Program-made: the position numbers and the translations under genes | Shown here: piece after piece, positions 47,431 through 56,575 of the stretch | How positions within the stretch are numbered: the first letter of the stretch is position 1 | How the letters are laid out: each line of letters begins with the position of its first letter | Notes under the pieces: generated by a model | What the model saw: the letters and a program-made list of their open reading frames with translations, nothing else | Told to the model about the DNA's origin: nothing | The model's database searches: none | IMG/VR virus record: IMGVR_UViG_3300038705_000018 | Span: 1-64,000 of that record | DNA length: 64,000 bases | From: a virus | Direction: 5' to 3' (one strand)

Positions 47431-49128
47431 ATGTATATAGACACGATTGAAATAAGCAATTTTAGATCGATTGGAAGCAGCCCACCACTAAAACTAGATA
47501 TTAGTGATATTACCGTTCTGTCAGGAATTAATGATACAGGTAAAACTTCAGCCTTATTAGCCTCATTTATTGGTTTGAATAATGTTTCAACAAAAAATCA
47601 AGAATTATATAAATTATTGGATGGAAGTAAACATCGTAAAGGCTATGCTTTAGACGAATCCGCACAAGCTATTAAGCCTACTTTCAAATGTACGGAAGAA
47701 GATGTAGAAAAAGTATGGGAATACATACAACATAAGGGAATTTTGAAATATATCTTGCAAGAATTAAGGAAAGAAGAGATTAATATTGAGGAAGATACGG
47801 TTAAAGAATTTATTTCAGAAGCTGTAATCACACTAAAAATCCCACTGGATAGTCGACGATTCTCCTTTTACGATAGTTGTGTTGATCTTGTACTTTGGAA
47901 TAAATGTGTTGAGAACTTCTTTAAATACGAAAATATTTTAGAATTGTCAAACTATTTACATCGAGCAATTAATACTGCTGCTGCATTAGAGACATCTATA
48001 AACAACATGAATTGTTTATATGTTCCGGGTGTTACAAGAAGTAATGATCAAATTTTATTCAGAGAAAAAGATCGAAAATCGCAATTAATAGCCTTTTTCA
48101 AAGGGATTTGTTCGGAACAAGGGAAAACTTCCGGGAAATACGACGCTTTTAAGGAATATTTTAAAATTTTACTCCCTGAATTGGTAAGGTTTGAAATAAA
48201 TATTGTTCAAGATAATGAAGAATCTGAGGATATATTTTTAACTTGGAACCATAATGACTGTGAAAAAGAACAACCATTATCCCGAAGTGGTGATGGAATC
48301 TATAATACTATATTTCTTATGGCCAAGGTGCTAAATAATTTTAATGCAATGAATATTGTATTTATTGATGAACCTGAAATAGGATTACATCCATTGCTAC
48401 AGCAAAGATTTATTAAGTTGCTTAGAAAACTTTCTCGTGAATACTCAATAAAATGGGTGTTAGCAACGCATTCTCCCTTTATATTACAGTCTTTAAAAGA
48501 TACAGAGAAACTATATTTAATTAAGCATGATGGTCACCAAACAAATTGTCTGGAAATTGATATCGCTAATAAAGATGTTGTTTTTAGTACTTTAGGTGCT
48601 TATTTGCCTTTAGCTCTTTCTGCCACAGGTGTAATATTTGTTGAGGGACAAACTGAGGCGACCGTTTTAACCATACTATTAGCTAAAGTTGGTTTAAACA
48701 TAGAAAGGGAACGAATAATAATTATCCCTCTTGGTGGTGAAAATCTCTTTCAGATTTCTGCAAAAGATTTAAAAAAATTACATGAAAAAAGTATGGTCAT
48801 TATAGATAGTGATTTATCTAAACCTGAAAAAGAAGGAGGAAATATAAAAAAAATAAAATTAGATTATCAAGCTGAATGTGAAGAAAATAATGTTGAATTC
48901 TTAATGATTAAGGACTATAGAACATTAGAAAATATGTATCCAAAGGATGTTTTAGCGGAAGTTTTAGGTAAAGAAGTTGAAACTCTTGATTATGGAAACT
49001 TTGATGAGGTACCTGGAATTCGTAATAAAATCAAGGTAGGGGAAGAAGTCGCAAATAAAATGTCTAAAGAAGAAGCTGAGCGTTTTCCTTTGATTAAAGA
49101 AATACAAAAATGGTGGAATGAGAAATAA
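47431..49128 (+). CDS. OLD-family nuclease (ABC-type ATPase + TOPRIM)
   Basis: SNFRSIG...LSGINDTGKTS (Walker A), VFIDEPEIGLHP (Walker B), LATHSPF. C-terminal TOPRIM: VIFVEGQTEATVL and MVIIDSD. Confidence 0.85.
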   Translation: MYIDTIEISNFRSIGSSPPLKLDISDITVLSGINDTGKTSALLASFIGLNNVSTKNQELYKLLDGSKHRKGYALDESAQAIKPTFKCTEEDVEKVWEYIQHKGILKYILQELRKEEINIEEDTVKEFISEAVITLKIPLDSRRFSFYDSCVDLVLWNKCVENFFKYENILELSNYLHRAINTAAALETSINNMNCLYVPGVTRSNDQILFREKDRKSQLIAFFKGICSEQGKTSGKYDAFKEYFKILLPELVRFEINIVQDNEESEDIFLTWNHNDCEKEQPLSRSGDGIYNTIFLMAKVLNNFNAMNIVFIDEPEIGLHPLLQQRFIKLLRKLSREYSIKWVLATHSPFILQSLKDTEKLYLIKHDGHQTNCLEIDIANKDVVFSTLGAYLPLALSATGVIFVEGQTEATVLTILLAKVGLNIERERIIIIPLGGENLFQISAKDLKKLHEKSMVIIDSDLSKPEKEGGNIKKIKLDYQAECEENNVEFLMIKDYRTLENMYPKDVLAEVLGKEVETLDYGNFDEVPGIRNKIKVGEEVANKMSKEEAERFPLIKEIQKWWNEK

Positions 49129-49130
49129 TA

Positions 49131-49209
49131 TTTGGATGGGAGTCCAATACATATTATTAAAATTAAAGTGGTTCAAGTCGCAGGAAGGCACCTTAGGGTG
49201 TCTTTTTTT
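49131..49209 (+). repeat. REP-T copy 3, long form
   Basis: TTTGGATGGGAGTCCAATACATATTATTAAAATTAAAGTGGTTCAAGTCGCAGGAAGGCACCTTAGGGTGTC plus a T-run, starting 3 nt after the OLD stop. Confidence 0.85.
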
Positions 49210-49403
49210 ATGATTTAACACAATCATAATCACATTTTGAGGTACTTCTTGTTTTTAGACCTATCATTTTACCTTCCTTTATAAGTCCTATTTTAGTGCT
49301 GAATTTTAAAATATAAATTCATTTTCAATAACTTTATTTCTACAGGTAATATATAATTTGAATATTGATACATTAAAAACAATATAAAAAGGAGTGTATA
49401 TCG

Positions 49404-50702
49404 TTGGAATCATTAAGACGATTTGCTAAGGCTGCATTATATTACTGTAATAGGAATAACAAATGGGATGTAGATATGCATAGTGATAAGCCCTTGAAAA
49501 CTTTATTAGAAAAAATATATGAACACCCTAGATTTAGTGCTATTTTTGAAGTTGAAATAGCAGAAAGTATAATTAATTCGTATCTCGAAGATATACACAT
49601 ACAACAGCAAACAAACTATGGTGATCAAGATGCAGATCAATTTTTAGAATATATATATGAAAATCTTTATATAAATATCAAAGAAAGATGGATCATTTTC
49701 CCTTTAAAAGGAGCATTTCTTTCAAAAACAGTAAAGTATAAAGATTTTATTTTCATTTCAGGGGATAGAAATGAAAAATTAAATACATTAAAAAAAATAT
49801 TTAAAGTGTCATTGAATGAAACGAAAACAAGAATGCAGCATATTGAGAGAAAATCATCTTCTTTTTTACAACATCCATTAGTAGCTATTAGAGTAAAACA
49901 TCAATATAGTTATGTTTTTTATAGGGCAAGACATATAGGACTTTATACAAATTCTATTTTACATGCTATATACTGGGGGAATGTGTATCCTAAATACAAA
50001 TTACCTCTTTTCAGTAATATACATCAAAATGAACATATTAATATTCTCTTAACATGTGGTACTACAGAATATGAATTCAACAACGCACCGCTTAATTTTA
50101 ATGCAAATTGTTTTATAAACTTAGACTGGCTCCTAGAAAAGAAATATATAAAGTTATTGGATCTAATATATCAAGAAATGGTTATGAAAACTCATAACCC
50201 GGTCTCCCAAAAATTTTTGAACGGTATAAATTTTTTTAAAAGAGCTATAGAGGTTGAAAATAGTAATGATATAACTCAAGGATTAGGAACACCTTTATTG
50301 TTGTTAACAATTGCTAGTGAAAATATTCTATTAAAACATAAAGATTCTAAGCGAGACAGATTACGTGTATTATTCCCTTGTTTGGTTAATTGGGATGTCA
50401 TGGATAAGAATGAATTTAGTTCATTAATAAGTCAAATTTATACTTGGAGATCAGAATTTGTACATGCGGGGATAGAGCTGTATAAGGATTATAATGAAGA
50501 TTTTTCATCAGGACCTAACACAAAACAATATATAAATTTTAAAGTAGCGGTATCAAAATTATTATGTAGATCTCCTTATTTCATAAGGCTAGTTAACAAT
50601 CGTTTTGTTAAACAGGATTCAATAAGACATATTGATCTATGGAATACATATTTAGATAATCATTGGAACAGAGGTAAGAGTTTATTAAATAAGGTGGAAT
50701 AG
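49404..50702 (+). CDS. Protein with C-terminal Rx4H (HEPN-like) motif
   Basis: TTG start with AGGAG 8 nt upstream. SQIYTWRSEFVHAG (R at 50448, H at 50463) resembles ApeA/Abi-type HEPN RNase motifs. No NTPase motifs. Confidence 0.5.
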   Translation: MESLRRFAKAALYYCNRNNKWDVDMHSDKPLKTLLEKIYEHPRFSAIFEVEIAESIINSYLEDIHIQQQTNYGDQDADQFLEYIYENLYINIKERWIIFPLKGAFLSKTVKYKDFIFISGDRNEKLNTLKKIFKVSLNETKTRMQHIERKSSSFLQHPLVAIRVKHQYSYVFYRARHIGLYTNSILHAIYWGNVYPKYKLPLFSNIHQNEHINILLTCGTTEYEFNNAPLNFNANCFINLDWLLEKKYIKLLDLIYQEMVMKTHNPVSQKFLNGINFFKRAIEVENSNDITQGLGTPLLLLTIASENILLKHKDSKRDRLRVLFPCLVNWDVMDKNEFSSLISQIYTWRSEFVHAGIELYKDYNEDFSSGPNTKQYINFKVAVSKLLCRSPYFIRLVNNRFVKQDSIRHIDLWNTYLDNHWNRGKSLLNKVE

Positions 50703-50946
50703 AAATAATTTATAATAAGTATAAAATCATATTAGAGACGGTCTATATACTCTTTTAAATTAACGGTTTTCTGTTGAGGGTGGCGCGGTGAACCCTATCA
50801 TACGTAAATGGGGTTTTATTAGCTTTAAGTAATCTTTAAATAATTAATTTTATGAGCCATCTTTGGGATTTGGCATTCCTCCAATGTATCATAGTCTATA
50901 CTAGATGATGGAATAAGTTCGTTATGATTAATATTTAACTAAAGAG

Positions 50947-50973
50947 AAAAGCTCTCTAATTGAGAGCTTTTTT
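50947..50973. terminator. Bidirectional terminator
   Basis: AAAAGCTCTC-TAAT-TGAGAGCTTTT between the convergent 49404..50702 and 51050..51922 genes. Confidence 0.75.
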
Positions 50974-51049
50974 AGATAAATGGCTTTAATACAAACCATC
51001 TTTTTATTATTTATGTATGCACATAAAATGAACATACATTAAAATACAA

Positions 51050-51922
51050 CTATTCGAAAATTTGTAAGTTTATTAAATCATCAGGTCCCTCTAATTGAGG
51101 TTCTTGAGCGTAATTTGAGCGCTCTAAAACCATATTTCTTACTAAGAAATATAATTCTTTATAAGTGATTGCACTTTGGCTTCCCATCACGTCAGTTAAT
51201 GCTTTAGTAAAACGGCCATATGTACCTTCATCATATGATACTTGATCTGCTTTACATCCTGCTAATAAAATATGATTCGGTCCTGAAAAAGATGAAAAGT
51301 CTTTTCTAATAGGTTCAAAACCACTCATAATCATTTTTATGTCTTGAATGGTTTGGGTTGGAGGAATGTAACGAGGTTTAATACTTGATAAATCTCTTCT
51401 TTCAACGTTATTAAAACTATTAATTATTGCTTTTACATCCTCAATAGTTCGCGCTTGCGGAATAGAATAATAATTACCAAAGTTCCTTGTACCAGTTCCA
51501 GAATGACAACTATCCAAAATAACCACAAATTTTACACCTTTAGGTATGTTAGATAGTATTGTATTAATTTCATCATCTCTAATAAGATTAGATTGGTCAG
51601 CAAGTGCATCGATGGGTACAATAGCTTCATCCAACATATCTTCCTCATCAATTGGTGGCAAATCCGCTGTCTGTGTTCCGTGTCCCGAGTATGTAAATAA
51701 TCCAATATCCCCAGGTTCTAGTTGATTAACTAGCCATTCCAGTCCTTTGAGAATATTTTTTTTAGTCGCTACTTCCTCAATAAGTAATTGTATATTAGAC
51801 TGATTAAAATCAAATTTTTTAACTAGCGTATTTAAGATCATTGATGCATCGTTTATACAGCCCCCTAACTCATATTTACTGCCTCGATAATTTATACCTG
51901 TAATTAACGCTAATTTCTTCAC
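51050..51922 (-). CDS. Peptidase C14 (metacaspase/orthocaspase-like)
   Basis: ALITGINYRGSKYELGGCINDA, FTYSGHGTQ (catalytic His81) and VVILDSCHSGTG (catalytic Cys139). GTG start with a GGAGGAG RBS. Confidence 0.88.
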   Translation of the reverse strand: MKKLALITGINYRGSKYELGGCINDASMILNTLVKKFDFNQSNIQLLIEEVATKKNILKGLEWLVNQLEPGDIGLFTYSGHGTQTADLPPIDEEDMLDEAIVPIDALADQSNLIRDDEINTILSNIPKGVKFVVILDSCHSGTGTRNFGNYYSIPQARTIEDVKAIINSFNNVERRDLSSIKPRYIPPTQTIQDIKMIMSGFEPIRKDFSSFSGPNHILLAGCKADQVSYDEGTYGRFTKALTDVMGSQSAITYKELYFLVRNMVLERSNYAQEPQLEGPDDLINLQIFE

Positions 51923-52079
51923 TTTACTCCTCCTATTACTAATTTATAAAGTGGACAGAAAATCATTTCTGTCCACTTATAAAAAAACACTTAAATTATA
52001 TCTATAGAGCTTCTATAGACATCCAACTATTTGTAGCTTATTCTTCGATTACAATTGCCTTACTCTGAACTTAACATCA

Positions 52080-52304
52080 TCAAAAAAGTTTAATATTAGC
52101 ATCAATAATCTCCCCAGCGGTTGTTCCAATTGCCGCTCCTACAGGTCCACCAATTACACCACCAATTGCACCAGTAATTGGTGCCGTAGGAATACTTTCA
52201 GTACCTGGAATACCAAAAAAACGTGCCTGAGTTTGTAGGTCACCTTCAACTAAAAGTAACCCTTTTCCATTGATACTTAGTTTTCCAACAACTCTTCCAT
52301 TCAT
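52080..52304 (-). CDS. 74-aa glycine-zipper protein
   Basis: AAGGAGGTGAAAG RBS. C-terminal half is ITGAIGGVIGGPVGAAIGTTAG (GxxxG zipper). 157 nt upstream of the caspase gene on the same strand. Confidence 0.6.
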   Translation of the reverse strand: MNGRVVGKLSINGKGLLLVEGDLQTQARFFGIPGTESIPTAPITGAIGGVIGGPVGAAIGTTAGEIIDANIKLF

Positions 52305-52650
52305 CTTCTTTCACCTCCTTCCACAACAGTATTTACAATTTAATTTAACTAATACATTTTTTTACTATTTTGTTATTTTTAAATAATTATAAATTTTCTT
52401 TATAAGAATAATTGGATGATATAAGGTTATTCTGATAGATTAAATTCTTTATATACATATAATTTTAAAATAATATATATTGATTAATAGTTAATAATAT
52501 TTAATCTAAAAATCTAATCATATATTAACTGATTAAACATTGACTACATTGATGAGTTCTATAAAGAACCCTTTAAAAAGGTATTCAGTCCATTTTTAAC
52601 ATGATTGAATAAAGAATTTAATATGAAAACAGTAACAAAAGAAAAATGGG

Positions 52651-52690
52651 ATTTACAAGTTGAAGAAAACCACCTTAAGGTGTCTTTATT
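52651..52690 (+). repeat. REP-T copy 4, degenerate
   Basis: ATTTACAAGTTGAAGAAAACCACCTTAAGGTGTCTTTATT. Confidence 0.5.
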
Positions 52691-52697
52691 ATTACTC

Positions 52698-52767
52698 TTC
52701 GACATAATATGACGAAATAGGTTTAACCAATTCTGTTATGATGATTCGGAAATCTTACATTGTTTTA
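52698..52767 (+). promoter_or_regulatory. Conserved promoter leader L1 (TTCGACATAATATGACGAA box + TACATT)
   Basis: About 85% identical by eye to 61154..61222. The box is a 16/19 palindrome. Confidence 0.55.
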
Positions 52768-52892
52768 AGTGGTAAGTCCTCAACCATAAAAGAAAGAAGT
52801 GATAGTTACGGATAATTCAACCTCTTCGAATAAGAATTCTGGTTTATCGGATAATCAAATGTATATAAATAGTTACTAAAGGGGATGGGGAT

Positions 52893-53390
52893 TTGAAGCA
52901 GAAGCTGATTGTTATAATATGTAGTTTAATTTTAATCCCTCTTGTGATTATGGGATGGAATAAGTATTTAGATTACAAATATGAAAAGGAACGAGAAAAA
53001 GTCCATGCCGACTACGAAAAAGAACTAGTAGAACTGGAAAAGGAACAAACCAAACAGCTAGCGAAAGAAGAAAAAAGACTAGAAGAGCTAGAAGAACAGA
53101 ATCGTAATGCAGAAGCTAAGCAGAAACGTATGACTGACGCTTTCAACAGCTTACGCCAAGGTATGTCCTACGAAGAAGTTGCAGCAGCGTTCGGTACAGA
53201 AGGTGATTTAAAAAACCAAGGTACCTATAGTAATGAATGGAAAGACTATAAAAAAAATCACCCTGCGTATTTTTGGAATTATGACAGCATCTACAATATA
53301 GTTTGTAATTTTAGCTATAACAAACTAACGTCATGTAAGAAACAAGAACGTGTTCGAGTAAAAGTGAATGGAACTTGGTATGAAAATTAA
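52893..53390 (+). CDS. Membrane-anchored coiled-coil protein with DUF3862-like C-terminus
   Basis: TTG start with a GGGGATGGGGA RBS. N-terminal TM segment, EKE-rich coil, then GMSYEEVAAAFGTEGDL. Confidence 0.6.
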   Translation: MKQKLIVIICSLILIPLVIMGWNKYLDYKYEKEREKVHADYEKELVELEKEQTKQLAKEEKRLEELEEQNRNAEAKQKRMTDAFNSLRQGMSYEEVAAAFGTEGDLKNQGTYSNEWKDYKKNHPAYFWNYDSIYNIVCNFSYNKLTSCKKQERVRVKVNGTWYEN

Positions 53391-53660
53391 ACTCATCTAG
53401 TTCTTGATGGGTTTTCCTTTTATAAAAATGGCCATCAGCAAAGGCTACAATTTGCTAAACGACCAGCGTTGTATGTAAACGTGCTGCGTAACAACAAAGA
53501 TATATTGTGATTTGATTTCATCATTTTTACAAAAAGCCTTCAATTTAGATTGAGGGCTTTTTATAGTTATGGTGTAAAGATAATAGAAGGAAAATACAAT
53601 ATTTCCGTTCATAATAATAAGTATATTTTTATGAATTCCATAATTCAGGAAATAGAAAGG

Positions 53661-54245
53661 CTAATTTTTGGGTGTTCTCTTTTCCTTGTATATCGTGATA
53701 ATTGTATCTACTATAACAAATGTAAGTAGTGCTTCAGCAGAAATTTCAATAAGGCTTTTGATAAAAGCAGAATCATAGTGATAACTGCGATATGAATTAT
53801 AGTTTCTAATTATATATAAGATAAGTAACATTGCATAAGTTATCATCCTAAAATTTAATCGTTCAAAAGTCTTATTATACTTCTCCACTAAATCCCTTGT
53901 ATATGCAGTGTTATTAGCTAATAAAAACCACCTAATGGAATACTTTACTATTAGGGGGAAGTAAGCAAATGTAATTGAAAAACCGACTGAATACACATAC
54001 AAATATTGAGGGGTAATAGACCATGTAAGGAATCCTATAATAATTAAAGTTACTATCAAAATAAATACGGATACAAACAAGGCATGATTTAGAAACTTCA
54101 TTAGTCCTACAAAGAAGTTAACCAAATGTATAAGTGGTTTCGGTATTTCTTCTACCCCCTTATCCTTATAAATATACAACCCTAATAATAAAGCTACAAA
54201 TAATGTAATTATGAGTCCTATTGGTACTATAAAAATCCAATTCAT
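53661..54245 (-). CDS. Multi-pass membrane protein
   Basis: GGAGG RBS before MNWIFIVPIG. At least 5 hydrophobic segments. Confidence 0.6.
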   Translation of the reverse strand: MNWIFIVPIGLIITLFVALLLGLYIYKDKGVEEIPKPLIHLVNFFVGLMKFLNHALFVSVFILIVTLIIIGFLTWSITPQYLYVYSVGFSITFAYFPLIVKYSIRWFLLANNTAYTRDLVEKYNKTFERLNFRMITYAMLLILYIIRNYNSYRSYHYDSAFIKSLIEISAEALLTFVIVDTIITIYKEKRTPKN

Positions 54246-54579
54246 ATTTAAGCCTCCTTTATTTTTAATATAATACATTGAATCTACAAATCCCTCTCTG
54301 GAATATATAAGATTCTAGATAATATTTTATTATATACGAATATAACTATAAAGATAAAAGAATGAATTAATGAAACTAATGTTAATCCTTTTATATTCTA
54401 AAAGGTACATCTTTCGAGACACACTCCTTCCTAGCCATATTAAAACCACATCTCCCGATAGATTTGACAAAAACCATTACTCAATATTAGTAAAAAATAG
54501 AGGATATTTCTCTATTATCCATCGGTAAATTCTTATCATTTTCCCATTGAGAGTCATGACTCTCTCTTTTTTATTTCCA

Positions 54580-54646
54580 TTCGACATAATATGACAATAT
54601 AATAATGTTTGTTTTGATAAGATTGTCCAGAAATATTACATTTTAT
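54580..54646 (+). promoter_or_regulatory. Conserved promoter leader L2
   Basis: TTCGACATAATATGAC box, then TTGATA-17 nt-TACATT. Preceded by terminator GAGAGTCATGACTCTC plus a T-run. Confidence 0.55.
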
Positions 54647-54667
54647 ATATCTTGGAGGAATTCAATT

Positions 54668-55306
54668 ATGAGCAAAAAATTATTAATGGCTTTAGCATGC
54701 AGCGTGTTACTTATGGGATTGGCTGCTTGTGGTTCAAATGATAAAGCAAGTACATCAGAAGAACCAAAACAAGAAACTAAAAAAGAAGATGAGCAAAAAC
54801 AGGAAGAGGAACAAAAGAAAATAGAAGAACAGAAAAAAGCCGAAGAACAAAAACAAGCTGAGGAACAAAAGAAGTTAGAAGAACAGAAAAAAGCCGAAGA
54901 ACAAAAACAAGCTGAAGAGCAACAGAAGTTAGAAGAACAGAAAAAGGCTGAAGAACAAAAAGCTGAAGAAAAAGCTAAACAAGAAGAGCAGCAACGTCAA
55001 GAAGCTGAGGCGCAACGACAGGCTGAAGAAAAAACGAAGCAAGAACAACAACGTCAAAAGCAGGAACAAGTGCAAAAACAAAGAGAAGTAAATCAAAAGA
55101 AGACAGAGAAAGAAGCACGTGAGGAACAAGAAAGTTTAGAATATGCAAAAAGGAGAGCTCAATCATTTGAGGATAAAGAACGAGAAAAAATGAGTTGTGA
55201 TGAAGCGAAAAATGTTCTTGAACAATTAAAGAATGGCGAACAGAATCCAGCAACAAAAGAGCATATTATTAAGTATCAAGAAAAAGTAAATATGTGTAGC
55301 AAGTAA
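54668..55306 (+). CDS. Lipoprotein with EQKK-rich repeats
   Basis: GGAGGA RBS and lipobox LAACG. 54-nt tandem repeats encode EEQKKAEEQKQAEEQKKL. Confidence 0.8.
   Translation: MSKKLLMALACSVLLMGLAACGSNDKASTSEEPKQETKKEDEQKQEEEQKKIEEQKKAEEQKQAEEQKKLEEQKKAEEQKQAEEQQKLEEQKKAEEQKAEEKAKQEEQQRQEAEAQRQAEEKTKQEQQRQKQEQVQKQREVNQKKTEKEAREEQESLEYAKRRAQSFEDKEREKMSCDEAKNVLEQLKNGEQNPATKEHIIKYQEKVNMCSK
54824..54965 (+). repeat. 54-bp tandem repeat, about 2.6 copies, in-frame
   Basis: Units start at 54824, 54878 and 54932. Confidence 0.85.
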
Positions 55307-55334
55307 CAAAATAACTTAAAATAGTAAAACACCA

Positions 55335-55414
55335 TTTGGATGAGAGTCCAATACATATCATTAAAATTAAAGTGGTTCAAGTCGGAGAAAGGCACCTTAG
55401 GGTGTCTTTTCTTT
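55335..55414 (+). repeat. REP-T copy 5, long form
   Basis: TTTGGATGAGAGTCCAATACATATCATTAAAATTAAAGTGGTTCAAGTCGGAGAAAGGCACCTTAGGGTGTCTTTTCTTT. Confidence 0.85.
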
Positions 55415-55610
55415 ATGTATAAAATAGCCCGACTATTTCCGTAGATGTGCTAAATAGTAACCCCTATTACCATTTATTTAAATATCTCCAAGTCAATATT
55501 ATATAATTTCGATATATTTAAATTATATTTTAATTATATAAGTAGTGCAAAAGACGTTAGGCTTTGTTATCATGTTCTACGAATTAAAATTATTTCAAGG
55601 AGGTTTTTTT

Positions 55611-56273
55611 GTGTTTGATATATTAAAAAAACAATGTCGATTCAATAAGATGTCGGCAATATCGTTAGGGATTTTTGTGCTTTATATGATTTTAAAGCAA
55701 TTTATCGCACTAGTTTATTTCATTAGTGATGAACAGTTTAGCGGGATGAGCATTTCGTTTGACGCAATTGATTTGTTACTTGTTCTAATAATTTATTTTT
55801 ATTATCGTAGATCTAAAGAGCCTTTTACAAATCAAAATAATTTTACGATGAGTTTGCCAAAAAGCTTACTTTTAGGTCTAGTACTAACTGTAGTATGTAA
55901 ATTCCTCCCGCTGTTACTAGCAGATTTTATAAGTTTTCAGTCATCCAATCAAGTTGAACTAGAAAGCCAAGTAACGTTACCAATTTTAGTCTTCGCATTT
56001 TCTGTTGCTCTGGTAGCACCCATTGGTGAAGAAATTGTCCATCGTGGTGTTATACAGCATGGAATTTTTAAAAATTCCTGGTTAGGTGTATTTGTTTCTT
56101 CAGCTATTTTTGCAGGTTTACATGTTAGTCTTCTTTCTTTAGAAGCAATTCCGTATTTCCTTCTGGGAATTGGTTTAGGTTGTACTTATAAGTTAACCGG
56201 GCGTTTATATGTGGGAATTATAATGCACATGATTAATAATTCACTAGCAGTGATTGCTATTTACTATTTTTAA
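55611..56273 (+). CDS. CPBP-family intramembrane protease (CAAX/Abi-type)
   Basis: APIGEEIVHRG (EExxxR), FAGLH and HMINNS motifs, with multiple TM segments. GTG start with GGAGG 7 nt upstream. Confidence 0.8.
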   Translation: MFDILKKQCRFNKMSAISLGIFVLYMILKQFIALVYFISDEQFSGMSISFDAIDLLLVLIIYFYYRRSKEPFTNQNNFTMSLPKSLLLGLVLTVVCKFLPLLLADFISFQSSNQVELESQVTLPILVFAFSVALVAPIGEEIVHRGVIQHGIFKNSWLGVFVSSAIFAGLHVSLLSLEAIPYFLLGIGLGCTYKLTGRLYVGIIMHMINNSLAVIAIYYF

Positions 56274-56373
56274 ATAAAAGAATTAAGAGGGAGTATGCTA
56301 CAGGTGAATACTAAGAAAAATAATTTGTTAATATCTTAACTCCATTCCAGACCGAACCGTCCGGTCTGAATCT

Positions 56374-56416
56374 GTGGTTCAAGTCAGAGGGAGGCACCTT
56401 TAGGTGTCTTTTCTTT
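56374..56416 (+). repeat. REP-T copy 6, short form
   Basis: GTGGTTCAAGTCAGAGGGAGGCACCTTTAGGTGTCTTTTCTTTT. Preceded by hairpin CAGACCG-AACCGT-CCGGTCTG. Confidence 0.75.
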
Positions 56417-56575
56417 TGTACATTATATCCATTACGTGCTCATTGATTTTTTATGCACGTTTGATATAATTATTGTAATAGTATTACAGTAATACCTTGT
56501 GTATATAATAAAAAGAAGAGATGCGCTAACATCTCTTCAAGTAACTGCTACCGCAAGGTGGTCGGTTGCTTAAAC

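Noticed and set aside
49168-49190. tRNA T-arm-like GGTTCAAGTC in the REP-T repeats (possible tRNA genes or att sites)
   Set aside because: No acceptor stem, D-arm or anticodon arm can be drawn around any copy. The box is followed by a terminator hairpin rather than a 3' acceptor strand.
47431-50702. Gabija (GajA/GajB)
   Set aside because: The OLD-like ATPase-TOPRIM resembles GajA. The neighbouring 432-aa protein has no Walker A/B or UvrD helicase motifs, and a terminator element separates the genes.
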